Origin: an uncultured Spirochaetota bacterium
GTDB lineage: Bacteria; Spirochaetota; Brevinematia; Brevinematales; JAOACQ01
Direction: 5' to 3'
NCBI GenBank assembly: GCA_963835575.1
Contig: CAWIGG010000002.1
Location: 1,760,001 to 1,824,000, forward strand
Length of the DNA stretch: 64,000 nt
A program made the translations under genes and the position numbers. Numbering within the stretch: the first letter of the stretch is position 1; the number at the start of each line of letters is the position of its first letter. A model generated the notes under the pieces. That model had not been told where the DNA came from. It searched no databases and was given only the letters and a program-made list of their open reading frames with translations. Positions 28,905-39,900 of this stretch are shown here, in pieces.

Positions 28905-31900
28905 ATGGAAAAGAAAATGTTCAAAGCCCCTTTTCAGCTTCTTCTCATCATTGCCGTTCTGCTCGCTTTTTTTGACGCAGTCATGATGGGGCTGTCGCGT
29001 TTTAATTTTCTGTTTATATTATATGCCATGCTGTTCATACCGGTTACAGGATTATTTCTTGGTCTTTTCGCGATGGTCCTCAACCGTCTGATCACAACCC
29101 GCTGGGGACGTTTTTTTGACGGATGGGTATTTTTAGGCATCACCGCCGGTATTCTCTTTCTGCCTTTTTCCGAAAGCCGGGACATCCTGCGGGCAATTGT
29201 CTTTACCCTGTCTTACGCGGCCGGCGTTTTTCTATTCATCATGCTCGGTAAATTCTGGGAAATTCAAAGGGGCCCCTGGAAATTCAGCGAAGCTGCCGGC
29301 GCGCTTTTAAAAGGAATAACCTCGCTACTCACCGGCCTTTTAAAAATAACAGGAAACGGAATTTTATTTTTAACCAATATTCCCGCTTTATTTTTTAAAA
29401 ACCTTTTTTCCGATGCCCGCCGGCGGACCGCGATTATTACTATTTCAACAGTGATAATAGCGGCGGCGGTGCTTTGTTTTATCCTTACAAATCTGTATCT
29501 GGTCACGGTCAAATATTATACCCCCATCGGCGAAGCGCCTCTTAAAAGCTCGATCTCCATAAAATTCTCCGAGCCTGTCGCGCTTCAGAAAGAAGATGTG
29601 GAAGAACTTCTAACCGAAGGGCAGACGGATTATACAAATGTCTCCTCAGTTCCAAACCTTATCCTGGTCAAGCCCGGCGTGGAATATTTTAAAATTTCCC
29701 CTCCTCTCAGCGGCTCCTACCGCCTGATGAATAATGAAACGCTTACTTTCCTTCCTTCCGGGCCGTTAAGCCCTTCGACGCGTTATACAGTCAATGTCAT
29801 CACCGGGAGGATAAAAAAGACGGGCAAGATAGTCCTGGGCAGGACTTTTATATTTAATACGCCGCAATTTAAAACGGCCGGCGTCAATATGTTTTACAAT
29901 TATGAACTCCTCAATAAAACTGAGAAAGAAGCTGTCGGGGAGATCGAATTTAACGCGCCGGTCGATATCAATGAATTAAGGAAATACACGGCGATGGAAA
30001 TTGACGGGAAAAACATGAACATCACCATCGAGCCTGCCAATGTCCCGACGCGCTTTTATGTCAAATCCGGCAAAGTGGAAAGGCAGGACAGAGCCTCCAC
30101 GATCAGGCTCATAATTAAAAAAGGCCTGAACTGCATCGGCGGTCAGGTCCCTCTTTCCGATGATTTTTCCAGCACAATTTTTCTGCCGGAAAAGCTTAAA
30201 CTGCAGGTTGTCAAAGCGGAAACATGGCCGGTCCGCGGCAACACTTATATAGCCGTATTATTCAACATGCCAATTACCGAAAGCGGCATCAGGGATTATG
30301 TCCGCATAGAAAAAGGCGGCAGTAAAGATAAAACCCTGCCCTTTTCCATAGAAACGGAATACTGCTACGCCGTATTGAAAGCGGATTTCAAGCCGAACCA
30401 GGATTACCGGGTTGTCGTGACGCCGGGACTGCCGGCAAAAAGCGGCGAACAGCTGCAGAAGCAGTTTGATTATCATGTCCGGATAAATGACCTTCCTTCC
30501 ATGGCAAGCTTTACATCGAAGGGGTCCATCCTGCCTTCGGCTGGAAATCTCGACATCGAGCTCTACACGGTCAATCTGGACGAGTTTGAGGTCAAGATCG
30601 ATAAGATATTCAGAAACAACCTTGTTTATTACCTGCGGCATAATTATAATCCTTCCTATTCAAAAACACTTCTTTATAAAAAGGTGGATGTCGGCGAAGG
30701 AGAGCTGAACAAGAAGATCCCGCAGTTTATCAATCTGAAAAAATTCCATTCCATGGAATATAAGGGTCTATACAATATTTCCCTCTATGATTCAAAGGGA
30801 AACGGGGGTAATTATAATAATGATAATGAAGGCGAGGAGGATGTTTCTTCAGACACCTCCTATGACAGTTATTCCGGCGAAAGGATCAATAATAAAATCG
30901 TCCTCTGTACCGATCTGGGAATTATGGCCAAAGAATCCGGCGGCGACCTTCTGGTCAGGGTCAACTCGATCATGAATCTATCGCCCCTGGCCGGGGTCCG
31001 CGTCAGCTTGGTCAGCTACGAGAACCAGGTTATCACGGAGGAAACAACAGGACCGGACGGAGAATGCGTTTTTAAAAACTGGAAGATCAATGATTATAAA
31101 TTCATGCCCTTTATCGTGATCGCCGAACAGGGCGAGGATTTTTCCTACCTTGAATTCAACCGGAACCGTCTGGACGAAGGCCGCTTCAGCATCGGCGGCA
31201 GAATGTACTCGCCCGACAAGCTGAACGCTTTTCTGACGCCGGAAATGGGCGTATACAGGCCGGGTGAAAAGGCTTATCTCACAGCCGTTGTCCGGAACGG
31301 GGACTTGAGCCTGCCTCCTGAAATCCCTGTTCTGCTTAAAGTATATGATCCAACCGGCCAGGCTTTCCTGACCTTGAAATCGAAAGTTCCCGCGAACGGG
31401 CTTCTCTCTTTTGAAGTGCCGTTCTCCGCCTACGCTAAAACAGGACAGTATGAAGCCTCTCTCAGCATCAATGACGATACGGTCATAGGCCGCTCGCCGC
31501 TGAAGGTCGAGGAATTCATTCCCCATAAAATCCAGGTCCAGATTCAAAGCCTTCAAGACAAAATACCGAGCGGGCAGGCGCTCTCATTTAAAGTAAAAGG
31601 TCTCCAGCTTTACGGCCCGCCGGCCGCTGACGCGAAGCTGATCTCCCAGGTTAAACTGACATCCCGGATTTTTTCCCATCCGGACTTTGCCGATTATACC
31701 TTCAGCGACAGCGAAAGAACATACAACGAGGAAATCGTCAACCTCGGGGAATCACAACTGGACGATAACGGCGAAAAACTCTATTCGGTGGACATTCCGC
31801 GCACCATTTTGCCTCCTTCCGCTTTGAACGCCGTCGTTTACACAGAAGTCTATGATTCAGGCGGCAGGCCCGTCAGCGATATGAAAGTCATACCTGTTGA

Positions 31901-34900
31901 TTTTTACAACATCTATTTAGGCCTGAAGGCTGAAAAAAGGGACGCTTATTTTAAGGGGGTTCCCATCCAGATTTCCTACGTCGCCATCGATCCCGACGGG
32001 AATTTCCAGAAGGCCCAAAAAGTGCCTCTCTTCATTAAACACCGTATTTATTACAGCATCCTGAAGAAATACAGCCAGCAGTACCGCTATGAAAGCGAAT
32101 CCTATGAAGAAGGCGTTCTCGCTCAGGAACTCAATATCGATAAAAAGGGGAATTTGTCCTTTACCCCGAAAGAGCCCGGCTATTACACTATATATCTCGG
32201 GAATGAACGGGATATGCGCTCAAGCATTGAGATTTACGTGCGCGGAACAGAGGAAGAAAGCGTGAGCCTGAAAGAGCCGGAAAACCTTTCGATTACCTAT
32301 AATAAAGAAAAATATAATATCGGCGATACGGCCCTGGTTACCGTTCATTTGCCCATACCCGGCAGGCTCTATTTCTCAATCGAAAGGGACAAAGTCATCT
32401 ACTCAAAAGTCATGGACCTTGAAAATAAAAAGGCTACAATCTCTATTCCTGTTTTGACGGATTATCTGCCCAATGTCTATGTGTCGGCCTATGTGGTCCG
32501 CAAGCCCGACGAAAGCCTGAAAGATCTGCCGATGAGCTCGATGGGAATCCGTAATCTCGAAGTTCTGCCTGGGACGCGAAAAATTAATATGGCCCTGGAA
32601 TGCGAAAAGACGGCCAGGTCGCAGAACGGAATTGACGTAAAAGTCAGGGTGCCCGAAGCCGGGAAGGATTGCGGGGTCGTGCTCGCGGCCGTTGATGAGG
32701 GCATTCTTCAGGTCACGCAGTTTGAAACGCCCGATCCTTATGAATTTTTCTACCAGAAAATATCCCTGCAGACAAAAAGCTATTCCCTATTTGACGCAGT
32801 CCTGCCGGACATTAAAGCCTTCAAGGCGGCAATCGGCGGAGGCGACGAGGAAGCTTATGATATTTCCAGAAGGCATGTCAATCCCGTGTCCGCGAAAAGG
32901 GTCCAATCGATCGCACTTTATTCCGGCATCCTCAAGCCCGACGCACAGGGAAATATTTCCTATCATTTTAATATTCCGCAGTTTAACGGCAGGCTCCGCG
33001 TCATGGCCCTGGCCGCCGATAAAAACCGTTTCGGTTCAGCCTCGAAAAATGTCACGGTGGCCGACCCGATCGTCGTCAGCCCCTATCTACCGAGAATGGC
33101 GGCCCCGGGCGACGAATTCGAGATCCCCGTCCGGATTTATAACAAAACCGGTAAGACCGCAGAGATACAGGTGAGCCTGGCCGTTAAAGGGCCTGTTGCT
33201 GTCATAGGCAAAAAAGTCATGTCTTTCCAGCTCCAGAATAATATGGAGAAGGAATTCACCTATTTTGCGAAAGCGCAGAACAACGCCGGGAAAGTCGTTT
33301 TTGAGTTTACCGCCGAAGGAGCCGGGGAAAGCTCAAAATCGGTTGTGGAAATGCCGGTCCGCCCGGCCCAGAACCTGAAAACGGTCAACAGCGCCGGTAT
33401 GATCAAGCCGCTCGATTCCGCGACGATCAAAGTGCCCGGCGGCTTTATGCCCTTCGGCCAGCGCGTAAGGTTCTCAATTTCACCCCGCTATCTCACAAAA
33501 TTCCTGGGTTCGATGGAATACCTTGTCCACTATCCCTACGGATGCGCCGAGCAGGTAACATCGACTCTTTTCCCGCTCCTGTACTATAAGGACCTGGCCC
33601 GCCTTACCGGCCTGTTCCCGGACGAAGCCAATGCCATCGACAACTATATCAATGAGGGTATAAAAAAACTTGAAAGTCAGCAGATGCCCGACGGGCGTTT
33701 TTCATACTGGCCCGGGGAAAATGACACATCCCCGTACCTGACGCTTTATGTTTCCCACTTCCTGCTGGAAGCGGAGCGCCTGGGTTATGAAGTCTCGCCG
33801 AAAGTCATCTCGCTCATCCATTCGTCGCTTGGCCTGGACAGCGCGGTCAAAAAACCGAAGCTTGACAGGAGAAGCGAATTCACGCTTGAAGAACTGGACA
33901 TTTACACGCTTTATATAAAAGCCCTGGCCGGAAGCCCCGACCGTGAAAAAATGGATTATCTGAGAGAAAACGAGCTCAAAAACATGGATTACGCCGACCG
34001 CTGCCGTCTGGCGTCAACGTACAGCCTCACCGGCGATAAAAAGACCGCGCTGGCCTTACTGCCCAATGAATTTGTGCTCAAATATTTCCCGCGCGCCCTG
34101 GGCGGCGATTATGATTCCATAGTGAAGCGCCTTTCGATTTATCTTTTCAGCCTCTGTGAAATAAACCCGGATGATCAGCGGAAGGAAAACCTTATTAAAG
34201 AAATCGAAAAACAGGTCCTTGACGGCCGTTTCGGGAACACGCAGGAAAATGCCCTGGCTCTTATGGCCATCGGAAAAGCTTTTGAAAAAGCGGAAGAGAA
34301 GGAAATAGCGGCTGAGCTTTATGTCAATGGGAAGCTTTATAAAGATATTAAAGGAGCGAACGCCGTTTTCCAGGACAGCGGACTTTCGGGAAAAACGCTG
34401 ACACTGGTCAACAAGGGCGGTTCTTCCTTCTATTATAATCTGCTGGCGGAAGGCGTACCGCTCACAAACACAGCATCAACTGTTAATAAAGGCATTGAGG
34501 TCAAACGAGAGTATTTTGATAAAAACGGTAAAAAACTCAACCTGACAAGCGTGCCGAAGGGAGAACTGGTCCTCGCGACAATCACACTGAAGACTCTCAC
34601 GAAAGGTATTGACAATATCGTTGTCGTCGATCTTCTGCCGGCCGGCTTCGAGATAGAAAACCCGCGCCTCAACTCAAGGGGCCAGCTTGATTTTACGCCC
34701 CCGTATAACTGGAAAGGCGCCTACGAAGACCTCAGGGACGACCGCCTCATCCTTTTTACAGGGGATGTTGACGGCACATTCCAGTATTCCTACGCCCTGA
34801 GGGCCGTGACGGCGGGCGAATTCGTCATTCCCCAGATCTACGCCGAAGCCATGTACGATCCGGACACCTATTCCATAGGAAGGGAGGAAGATAAAGTCCA

Positions 34901-34919
34901 TGTGGTCAAAACGGAATAA
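28905..34919 (+). CDS. bacterial alpha-2-macroglobulin (YfhM-like) with polytopic N-terminus
   Basis: YRPGE, VEEF.P, LAAVDEGIL, FNGRLRVMA, thioester YPYGCAEQ (33543-33554), DLLPAGFEIEN, EAMYDP; overlaps pbpC. Confidence 0.95.
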   Translation: MEKKMFKAPFQLLLIIAVLLAFFDAVMMGLSRFNFLFILYAMLFIPVTGLFLGLFAMVLNRLITTRWGRFFDGWVFLGITAGILFLPFSESRDILRAIVFTLSYAAGVFLFIMLGKFWEIQRGPWKFSEAAGALLKGITSLLTGLLKITGNGILFLTNIPALFFKNLFSDARRRTAIITISTVIIAAAVLCFILTNLYLVTVKYYTPIGEAPLKSSISIKFSEPVALQKEDVEELLTEGQTDYTNVSSVPNLILVKPGVEYFKISPPLSGSYRLMNNETLTFLPSGPLSPSTRYTVNVITGRIKKTGKIVLGRTFIFNTPQFKTAGVNMFYNYELLNKTEKEAVGEIEFNAPVDINELRKYTAMEIDGKNMNITIEPANVPTRFYVKSGKVERQDRASTIRLIIKKGLNCIGGQVPLSDDFSSTIFLPEKLKLQVVKAETWPVRGNTYIAVLFNMPITESGIRDYVRIEKGGSKDKTLPFSIETEYCYAVLKADFKPNQDYRVVVTPGLPAKSGEQLQKQFDYHVRINDLPSMASFTSKGSILPSAGNLDIELYTVNLDEFEVKIDKIFRNNLVYYLRHNYNPSYSKTLLYKKVDVGEGELNKKIPQFINLKKFHSMEYKGLYNISLYDSKGNGGNYNNDNEGEEDVSSDTSYDSYSGERINNKIVLCTDLGIMAKESGGDLLVRVNSIMNLSPLAGVRVSLVSYENQVITEETTGPDGECVFKNWKINDYKFMPFIVIAEQGEDFSYLEFNRNRLDEGRFSIGGRMYSPDKLNAFLTPEMGVYRPGEKAYLTAVVRNGDLSLPPEIPVLLKVYDPTGQAFLTLKSKVPANGLLSFEVPFSAYAKTGQYEASLSINDDTVIGRSPLKVEEFIPHKIQVQIQSLQDKIPSGQALSFKVKGLQLYGPPAADAKLISQVKLTSRIFSHPDFADYTFSDSERTYNEEIVNLGESQLDDNGEKLYSVDIPRTILPPSALNAVVYTEVYDSGGRPVSDMKVIPVDFYNIYLGLKAEKRDAYFKGVPIQISYVAIDPDGNFQKAQKVPLFIKHRIYYSILKKYSQQYRYESESYEEGVLAQELNIDKKGNLSFTPKEPGYYTIYLGNERDMRSSIEIYVRGTEEESVSLKEPENLSITYNKEKYNIGDTALVTVHLPIPGRLYFSIERDKVIYSKVMDLENKKATISIPVLTDYLPNVYVSAYVVRKPDESLKDLPMSSMGIRNLEVLPGTRKINMALECEKTARSQNGIDVKVRVPEAGKDCGVVLAAVDEGILQVTQFETPDPYEFFYQKISLQTKSYSLFDAVLPDIKAFKAAIGGGDEEAYDISRRHVNPVSAKRVQSIALYSGILKPDAQGNISYHFNIPQFNGRLRVMALAADKNRFGSASKNVTVADPIVVSPYLPRMAAPGDEFEIPVRIYNKTGKTAEIQVSLAVKGPVAVIGKKVMSFQLQNNMEKEFTYFAKAQNNAGKVVFEFTAEGAGESSKSVVEMPVRPAQNLKTVNSAGMIKPLDSATIKVPGGFMPFGQRVRFSISPRYLTKFLGSMEYLVHYPYGCAEQVTSTLFPLLYYKDLARLTGLFPDEANAIDNYINEGIKKLESQQMPDGRFSYWPGENDTSPYLTLYVSHFLLEAERLGYEVSPKVISLIHSSLGLDSAVKKPKLDRRSEFTLEELDIYTLYIKALAGSPDREKMDYLRENELKNMDYADRCRLASTYSLTGDKKTALALLPNEFVLKYFPRALGGDYDSIVKRLSIYLFSLCEINPDDQRKENLIKEIEKQVLDGRFGNTQENALALMAIGKAFEKAEEKEIAAELYVNGKLYKDIKGANAVFQDSGLSGKTLTLVNKGGSSFYYNLLAEGVPLTNTASTVNKGIEVKREYFDKNGKKLNLTSVPKGELVLATITLKTLTKGIDNIVVVDLLPAGFEIENPRLNSRGQLDFTPPYNWKGAYEDLRDDRLILFTGDVDGTFQYSYALRAVTAGEFVIPQIYAEAMYDPDTYSIGREEDKVHVVKTE

Positions 34920-37269
34920 ACTGTATTTTCTCAGAATTCCTTTTTTTCTGCAGAGACTGAAGCGTCTCTTTTTCTTATTCCTGTCAATTCTCAGCTTGTT
35001 CCTGATTCTGGACGCACTCTGTCCCCTGCCCCGGGAGAGGATTGATAAAGATTTTTCGACGGTCTATCTGGACAGAAACGGCGAGCTTCTGCGCATCACC
35101 CTCTCTCCGTCGGAAAAATACCGGGTCAGGCTGCCCCTTGAGCAGATATCGCCCTATCTCCGGAAGGGTTTTATATTATATGAAGACCGCTACTTTTTCC
35201 TGCATCCCGGGGTGAATCCGGTATCGGTCAGCCGCGCCGTCATACAGAACCTCGGCGGCGGAAGGATTGTTTCCGGAGCGTCCACTCTTTCCATGCAGAT
35301 CGCCCGGATGCTTTATAACAGGCCGCGGACGGTTTTTTCCAAAATCCTCGAGATGTTCAACGCCATTCAGCTTGAGTTTTATTATTCAAAAAATGAACTC
35401 CTCGAAATATATCTCAACATGATACCGATGGGCGGCAATATCGAAGGGGTCGGCGCGGCCGCTTATTTTTACTTCGGGAAAAACGCGCTTGACCTGAGCC
35501 TATCGGAAACGGCGCTCCTGATCGGCATACCGAATTCGCCCAATCAGAACAGGCCCGACCTCTATCCCGAAAACGCCCGGAAAATGGAACTGGCCGTCCT
35601 TTCCCGGATCTATAAAGAAATGGGCATTTCCCTCGGCGAAGCTGAAAAAGCCGCTGGTAATATCCTCAGGATTCAAAGGCATGAAAATCCCTTCCTCTGC
35701 CCGCACCTGATTGAGGCCGGTAAAAAAGGCGATCCCGGTTTTATCCGGAAGACTGCCATCGATCTCAATATTCAATACTACTGTGAAAGCGTATTGAGTA
35801 AATACAGCGCGGACCATAAAAAGAAAGAGATATACAACGGGGCGATAATAGTCGCTGATAATGAGACAGGCGAGGTGCTGGCCTATGCCGGCTCGCCGGA
35901 CTATTACGACCGGGAACATAACGGCCAGGTGAACGGCTGCGCCGTCCGGCGCTCGCCGGGTTCCGCTTTAAAACCTTTCATTTACGCGCGTGCGCTGGAA
36001 GAAGGAATGCTGACGCCTCAGGGGCTTGTTTACGACATCCCGAAGACTTTTGAGGACTCTTTCACGCCGGAGAATTTCAGCAAATCCTGCCATGGGATCG
36101 TGACGGCGGAATACGCCCTCATCAATTCGCTCAATATTCCAGCAGTCAGGCTTGAGGAAAGCCTGAACGGGAAAGGCCTTTCCTATGTTTTGAAAAAAAT
36201 ATTCCCTGAAGACCGGGATATACTTATAGACCGGGCCGGCCTTTCGCTCCCGCTGGGAAGCTTTGCCGTTTCACTTGAGGAAGCCGTCTCGCTCTATCGG
36301 ATGCTGGCCCGCGGCGGCATATACAGCCCTTTGAAGTTCTATTTAAATGAAAATCCGGCCGCGGCCTATTCCCGCCGCGTTCTTGACCCCAGGTCCTGCT
36401 TTATCATTTCAGAAATGCTTTCCGATTATTACCGGCCGGACATGCCCTATTCATGGGAGTTCGCGCCGCACCTCGCGAAAGCGGCGCTTAAGACCGGCAC
36501 CTCTTTCGGACTGAAAGACGCCTGGTGCATCGGCTACAACCCGAAATACACCATCGGGATCTGGATAGGCAATGCCGATTCGCGCGGCTCGCCCTTTCTT
36601 GTCGGTGCCCAGATTGCCTCGCCGATCTTTGTCGAGATATTCGATTTTCTGACAAAAAATAACGACCGCTGGTTTACAAAGCCCGATGGCGTGGAGAAAA
36701 GAATGATCTGCGCAGTATCGGGCGAAAAACCCGGCCCTTACTGCAGAAATCTTAAAGAGGATTATTACATCCCCGGCGTTTCATCGGAAAAGACCTGTTC
36801 GGTCCATAAAAAGATATTTATCCGGAAAAAAGATAATGTAGAAGTCTGCCCGCTCTGTATGAAAGGCCCGGCTTCACTGTACCGCGAAGAGATAATAGAA
36901 GAATGGCCGGCCGAAACCGCTTCCTTTCTGCGCGAAACGGGACGGTCGCTCGCGATCATCCCGCCCCATAATCCCGACTGCCCTAACTATTTCACGAAAA
37001 ACGGGCCGAAAATCATTTCCCCCCGCGACCAGTCTGTCTATTACATCGATCCGAAAGTCCCGCCCGAAAAACAGAAAATCCGGCTCAAGGCCTTTACGGC
37101 CCAGGATTCCGGCAAGATCTTCTGGTTTTCCGAAAGCCGGCTGATCGACAGCGGCCCGCCCGAGAAACCCTGTTTCTTCACACCGAAGCCGGGAAGCTAT
37201 CTGATCTCGATCCTTGATTCGAAAGGGAGGAGTGACACGGCTTTAATCAGGATTTATCCATCGCGATGA
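34900..37269 (+). CDS. pbpC: penicillin-binding protein 1C
   Basis: EDRYF..HPGVNP, SGASTLSMQ, SALK, SLN, KTGTS; coupled to the A2M gene. Confidence 0.93.
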   Translation: MWSKRNKLYFLRIPFFLQRLKRLFFLFLSILSLFLILDALCPLPRERIDKDFSTVYLDRNGELLRITLSPSEKYRVRLPLEQISPYLRKGFILYEDRYFFLHPGVNPVSVSRAVIQNLGGGRIVSGASTLSMQIARMLYNRPRTVFSKILEMFNAIQLEFYYSKNELLEIYLNMIPMGGNIEGVGAAAYFYFGKNALDLSLSETALLIGIPNSPNQNRPDLYPENARKMELAVLSRIYKEMGISLGEAEKAAGNILRIQRHENPFLCPHLIEAGKKGDPGFIRKTAIDLNIQYYCESVLSKYSADHKKKEIYNGAIIVADNETGEVLAYAGSPDYYDREHNGQVNGCAVRRSPGSALKPFIYARALEEGMLTPQGLVYDIPKTFEDSFTPENFSKSCHGIVTAEYALINSLNIPAVRLEESLNGKGLSYVLKKIFPEDRDILIDRAGLSLPLGSFAVSLEEAVSLYRMLARGGIYSPLKFYLNENPAAAYSRRVLDPRSCFIISEMLSDYYRPDMPYSWEFAPHLAKAALKTGTSFGLKDAWCIGYNPKYTIGIWIGNADSRGSPFLVGAQIASPIFVEIFDFLTKNNDRWFTKPDGVEKRMICAVSGEKPGPYCRNLKEDYYIPGVSSEKTCSVHKKIFIRKKDNVEVCPLCMKGPASLYREEIIEEWPAETASFLRETGRSLAIIPPHNPDCPNYFTKNGPKIISPRDQSVYYIDPKVPPEKQKIRLKAFTAQDSGKIFWFSESRLIDSGPPEKPCFFTPKPGSYLISILDSKGRSDTALIRIYPSR

Positions 37270-37391
37270 CAATATATCGATATATAATCAGAAAAATATT
37301 TATTATATTTTCTCCATTTTCTCTCATTTTTAACACCTTTTAACAATTTTTCGGTATTAAGGCTTATGTGGATATTTCCACAGGGGCCAAA

Positions 37392-37585
37392 ATGCCGGAC
37401 TATATTCCGAAGACAAGAAACACTGTTCAGGAAATACTGGAAGATCATTTTCCAGACTTTCAGTCCTCATATGACGCTGATTATTCAGGAATTTACGGGA
37501 AATTTAATGGTTCGACGGGCTCACCACAAGCCTGGAGAGGATCTCTGAATCCGTCGGCCGATTCCTGGAATGCGGCGATTATTCA
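37392..37585 (+). mobile_element. IS91-family transposase 5' fragment
   Basis: MPDYIPK...ILEDHF..F...YD..Y...YGKF; after removing the 23-nt insert at 37507-37529 it reads SLERISESVGRFLECGDYS. Confidence 0.75.
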
Positions 37586-37784
37586 GTTGTTGGTATTACA
37601 ACTTATCTTCTGAGAAAATCGACAATATTTTGCGTTTTATATACCTTTTCTTTACATTATCCTTGGTTGGAATTATAAAAATTCCTATCAGTTTTTGTTT
37701 ATAAATTATAGGATTAATGAGCTCAAACCCGAGATTTTGGAACAACCATATTACTTCTGAGGTTTTTATATAAGGGGTGTTTTT

Positions 37785-39119
37785 ATGAAATCCATAAGTC
37801 TTTTTTTTGTTATACTCTTTCTCGGGAGTATAATGCTTGTATCTTGTGCTGAACAGACAGAAGTGAAAAGCGCATTGATAAAAGAAAATCAGGAAATGGG
37901 TAATCAGACAAATGCTACTTATCTTGAGAAAGAAACGGAGTCTTCGACAATTGCTAAGCATAAGATTCTGATTACTCCTTTTGAATATTCTTCAACAAAC
38001 TCAAAATATCCTAATCCTGAGATATACAAAACAATATTCTTCTCTTCATTCTATAATTTGTTTTCAGTTCTTCCAACAATTGATCTTCCCGATAAAAGTG
38101 TTCTATTATCTATGAATCTTTCTGAAGATACTATTTCAAACCTGGCTGATCAATACAAATCTGATTACATTGTCTTTGGGGATTATGGCCTTAAGGGGGA
38201 CAAATCAAAACCTGAAGCTATTGTGAACCTTAAGATATGGAATAAACTGTCAGGTTCTATTTCAACAAATAGCATTATTACGCCGACCGATGCGGATTTA
38301 TTCGACAACATTGATTTGATGTCTTCAAAAATGGTCAAGACAATGCTGAATGAGGAAATGAAGATAGCATATATTAATTTTAATAATCTCGACACAGGAA
38401 AAGAGAAACTCGGGATTTTCATTAATCACAGGCTTGTGGCTGAGCCAATATCAAATGATTTCAAACTCAATATGAAAATATTATCTGGCAAAGACTACAA
38501 TGTCAGCATTAGAAGGTTTTCAGATGGCAAACTTCTTAAAGATGATGTCGCTAATTTAAAACCAGGTGAAACAAAGAGTTACAGTGCCACAAATATTAGA
38601 GTGAATCTTATAAAGAATGCTACTTTTGATAAATCAAATGAATTAAAATACTTGGAATTTAAATCTAATGATGATTATTATAATAAACTATTATCTATTG
38701 AACATGCAGGTAAATGGCATTTTACGGTTAGAGATATGGCTAAGGCGACAGTAAATATTGAGGAAAATGTATGTCATATTAAAATAAATAAAACTGGAGA
38801 TTATTGGTATTCGGTAACTCTTCGCCCGTCACCAATTAAATTGAAATATGGAAAAAAATATCGTTTATCTTTTGATGCGAGAGCTGCAAATATTTTTAAA
38901 CTTTATTATAAAATTCAAAAATTATGGACTTGGGAAAATTATGTTTCTTTGGGATATAACCTTGATTCTAGTTTATTAAAAATAAATAATGAAATGAAAA
39001 ATTATTCATTTATATTCAAAATGAATTATTCGAGTGATGAAAAATCAATATTGATTTTTGGGTTTGGTGATGTTGATGATGTCTGGATAAGCAATGTATG
39101 GTTGGAAGAAATAGATTAA
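37785..39119 (+). CDS. lipoprotein with C-terminal CBM4/9-like domain
   Basis: Lipobox LVSC; NLIKNATFD, YRLSFDARA and VWISNV.LEE resemble CBM4/9; AT-rich cargo. Confidence 0.7.
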   Translation: MKSISLFFVILFLGSIMLVSCAEQTEVKSALIKENQEMGNQTNATYLEKETESSTIAKHKILITPFEYSSTNSKYPNPEIYKTIFFSSFYNLFSVLPTIDLPDKSVLLSMNLSEDTISNLADQYKSDYIVFGDYGLKGDKSKPEAIVNLKIWNKLSGSISTNSIITPTDADLFDNIDLMSSKMVKTMLNEEMKIAYINFNNLDTGKEKLGIFINHRLVAEPISNDFKLNMKILSGKDYNVSIRRFSDGKLLKDDVANLKPGETKSYSATNIRVNLIKNATFDKSNELKYLEFKSNDDYYNKLLSIEHAGKWHFTVRDMAKATVNIEENVCHIKINKTGDYWYSVTLRPSPIKLKYGKKYRLSFDARAANIFKLYYKIQKLWTWENYVSLGYNLDSSLLKINNEMKNYSFIFKMNYSSDEKSILIFGFGDVDDVWISNVWLEEID

Positions 39120-39128
39120 ATGAATTCT

Positions 39129-39158
39129 AAGGGCTGCCTTATGACAGCCCCTTTTTTA
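39129..39158 (+). terminator. intrinsic terminator
   Basis: GGGCTG...CAGCCC followed by TTTTTTT. Confidence 0.75.
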
Positions 39159-39166
39159 TAGCCTTT

Positions 39167-39476
39167 CTTTCAGTCCTCATATGACGCTGATTATTCAGGA
39201 ATTTACGGGAAATTTAATGGTTCGACGGGCTCACCACAAGCCTGGAGAGGATCTCTGAATCCGTCGGCCGATTCCTGGAATGCGGCGATTATTCAAAGGG
39301 CATCGCCCGAATTCAGTGTACAGACCCGGATTGCGGTCACGAATATTTCCGACCATTCTCCTGTAAGCAGTGGTACTTGTGCCCTTCATGCCATTGGTTC
39401 GGCAGGCTCACCACAGGCGCCAACGGCTTCTTTTATTTTCAGAACATCTTTGTAATGAAACTCTTCTAAAGCTTCA
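39167..39476 (+). mobile_element. IS91-family transposase zinc-binding-domain remnant
   Basis: FLECGDYSKGIARIQCTDPDCGHEYFRPFSCKQWYLCPSC...RLLLFSEHL; the first 129 bp duplicate 37457-37585. Confidence 0.85.
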
Positions 39477-39900
39477 ACAGAACAGTTGGGAATATTCGGC
39501 AGAAAATTACTGGAATGTGTATTTGAATAATTGCGTTGATTCGCTAAACGATTCAATAAATCGCCTTGATACGTATTATGTTTCGGCTTATTATTAAAGA
39601 TTTTACCGAACTGAGCCTGCCCAATGTGTGTATCGGTAAGATATAAATCATCGCTGTCATTACGGAATTTCATAGTTTATAAGTAAATTAGAGTTTTCGT
39701 TAAAAAATAATCAAAACTTTTTTGGTTTTGCGTCATTTTATCGAGTTTTTATACTTCTTAGATGATAACTTTTCTTATTCAGTCAACAACATGCGATGGA
39801 TTTCCCGGTTCATTTATAGAGTTTTATTTTAAACCGGGAATATCCCAAAAAAGTGAATTGAAAAACATGCCTCTTGAGATATTCCCATTATTCTTATTTA

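Noticed and set aside
39386..39673. 95-aa minus-strand ORF and 75-aa plus-strand ORF (39370..39597)
   Set aside because: Both overlap the IS91 remnant and have no recognisable motifs; probably spurious or a fragment.
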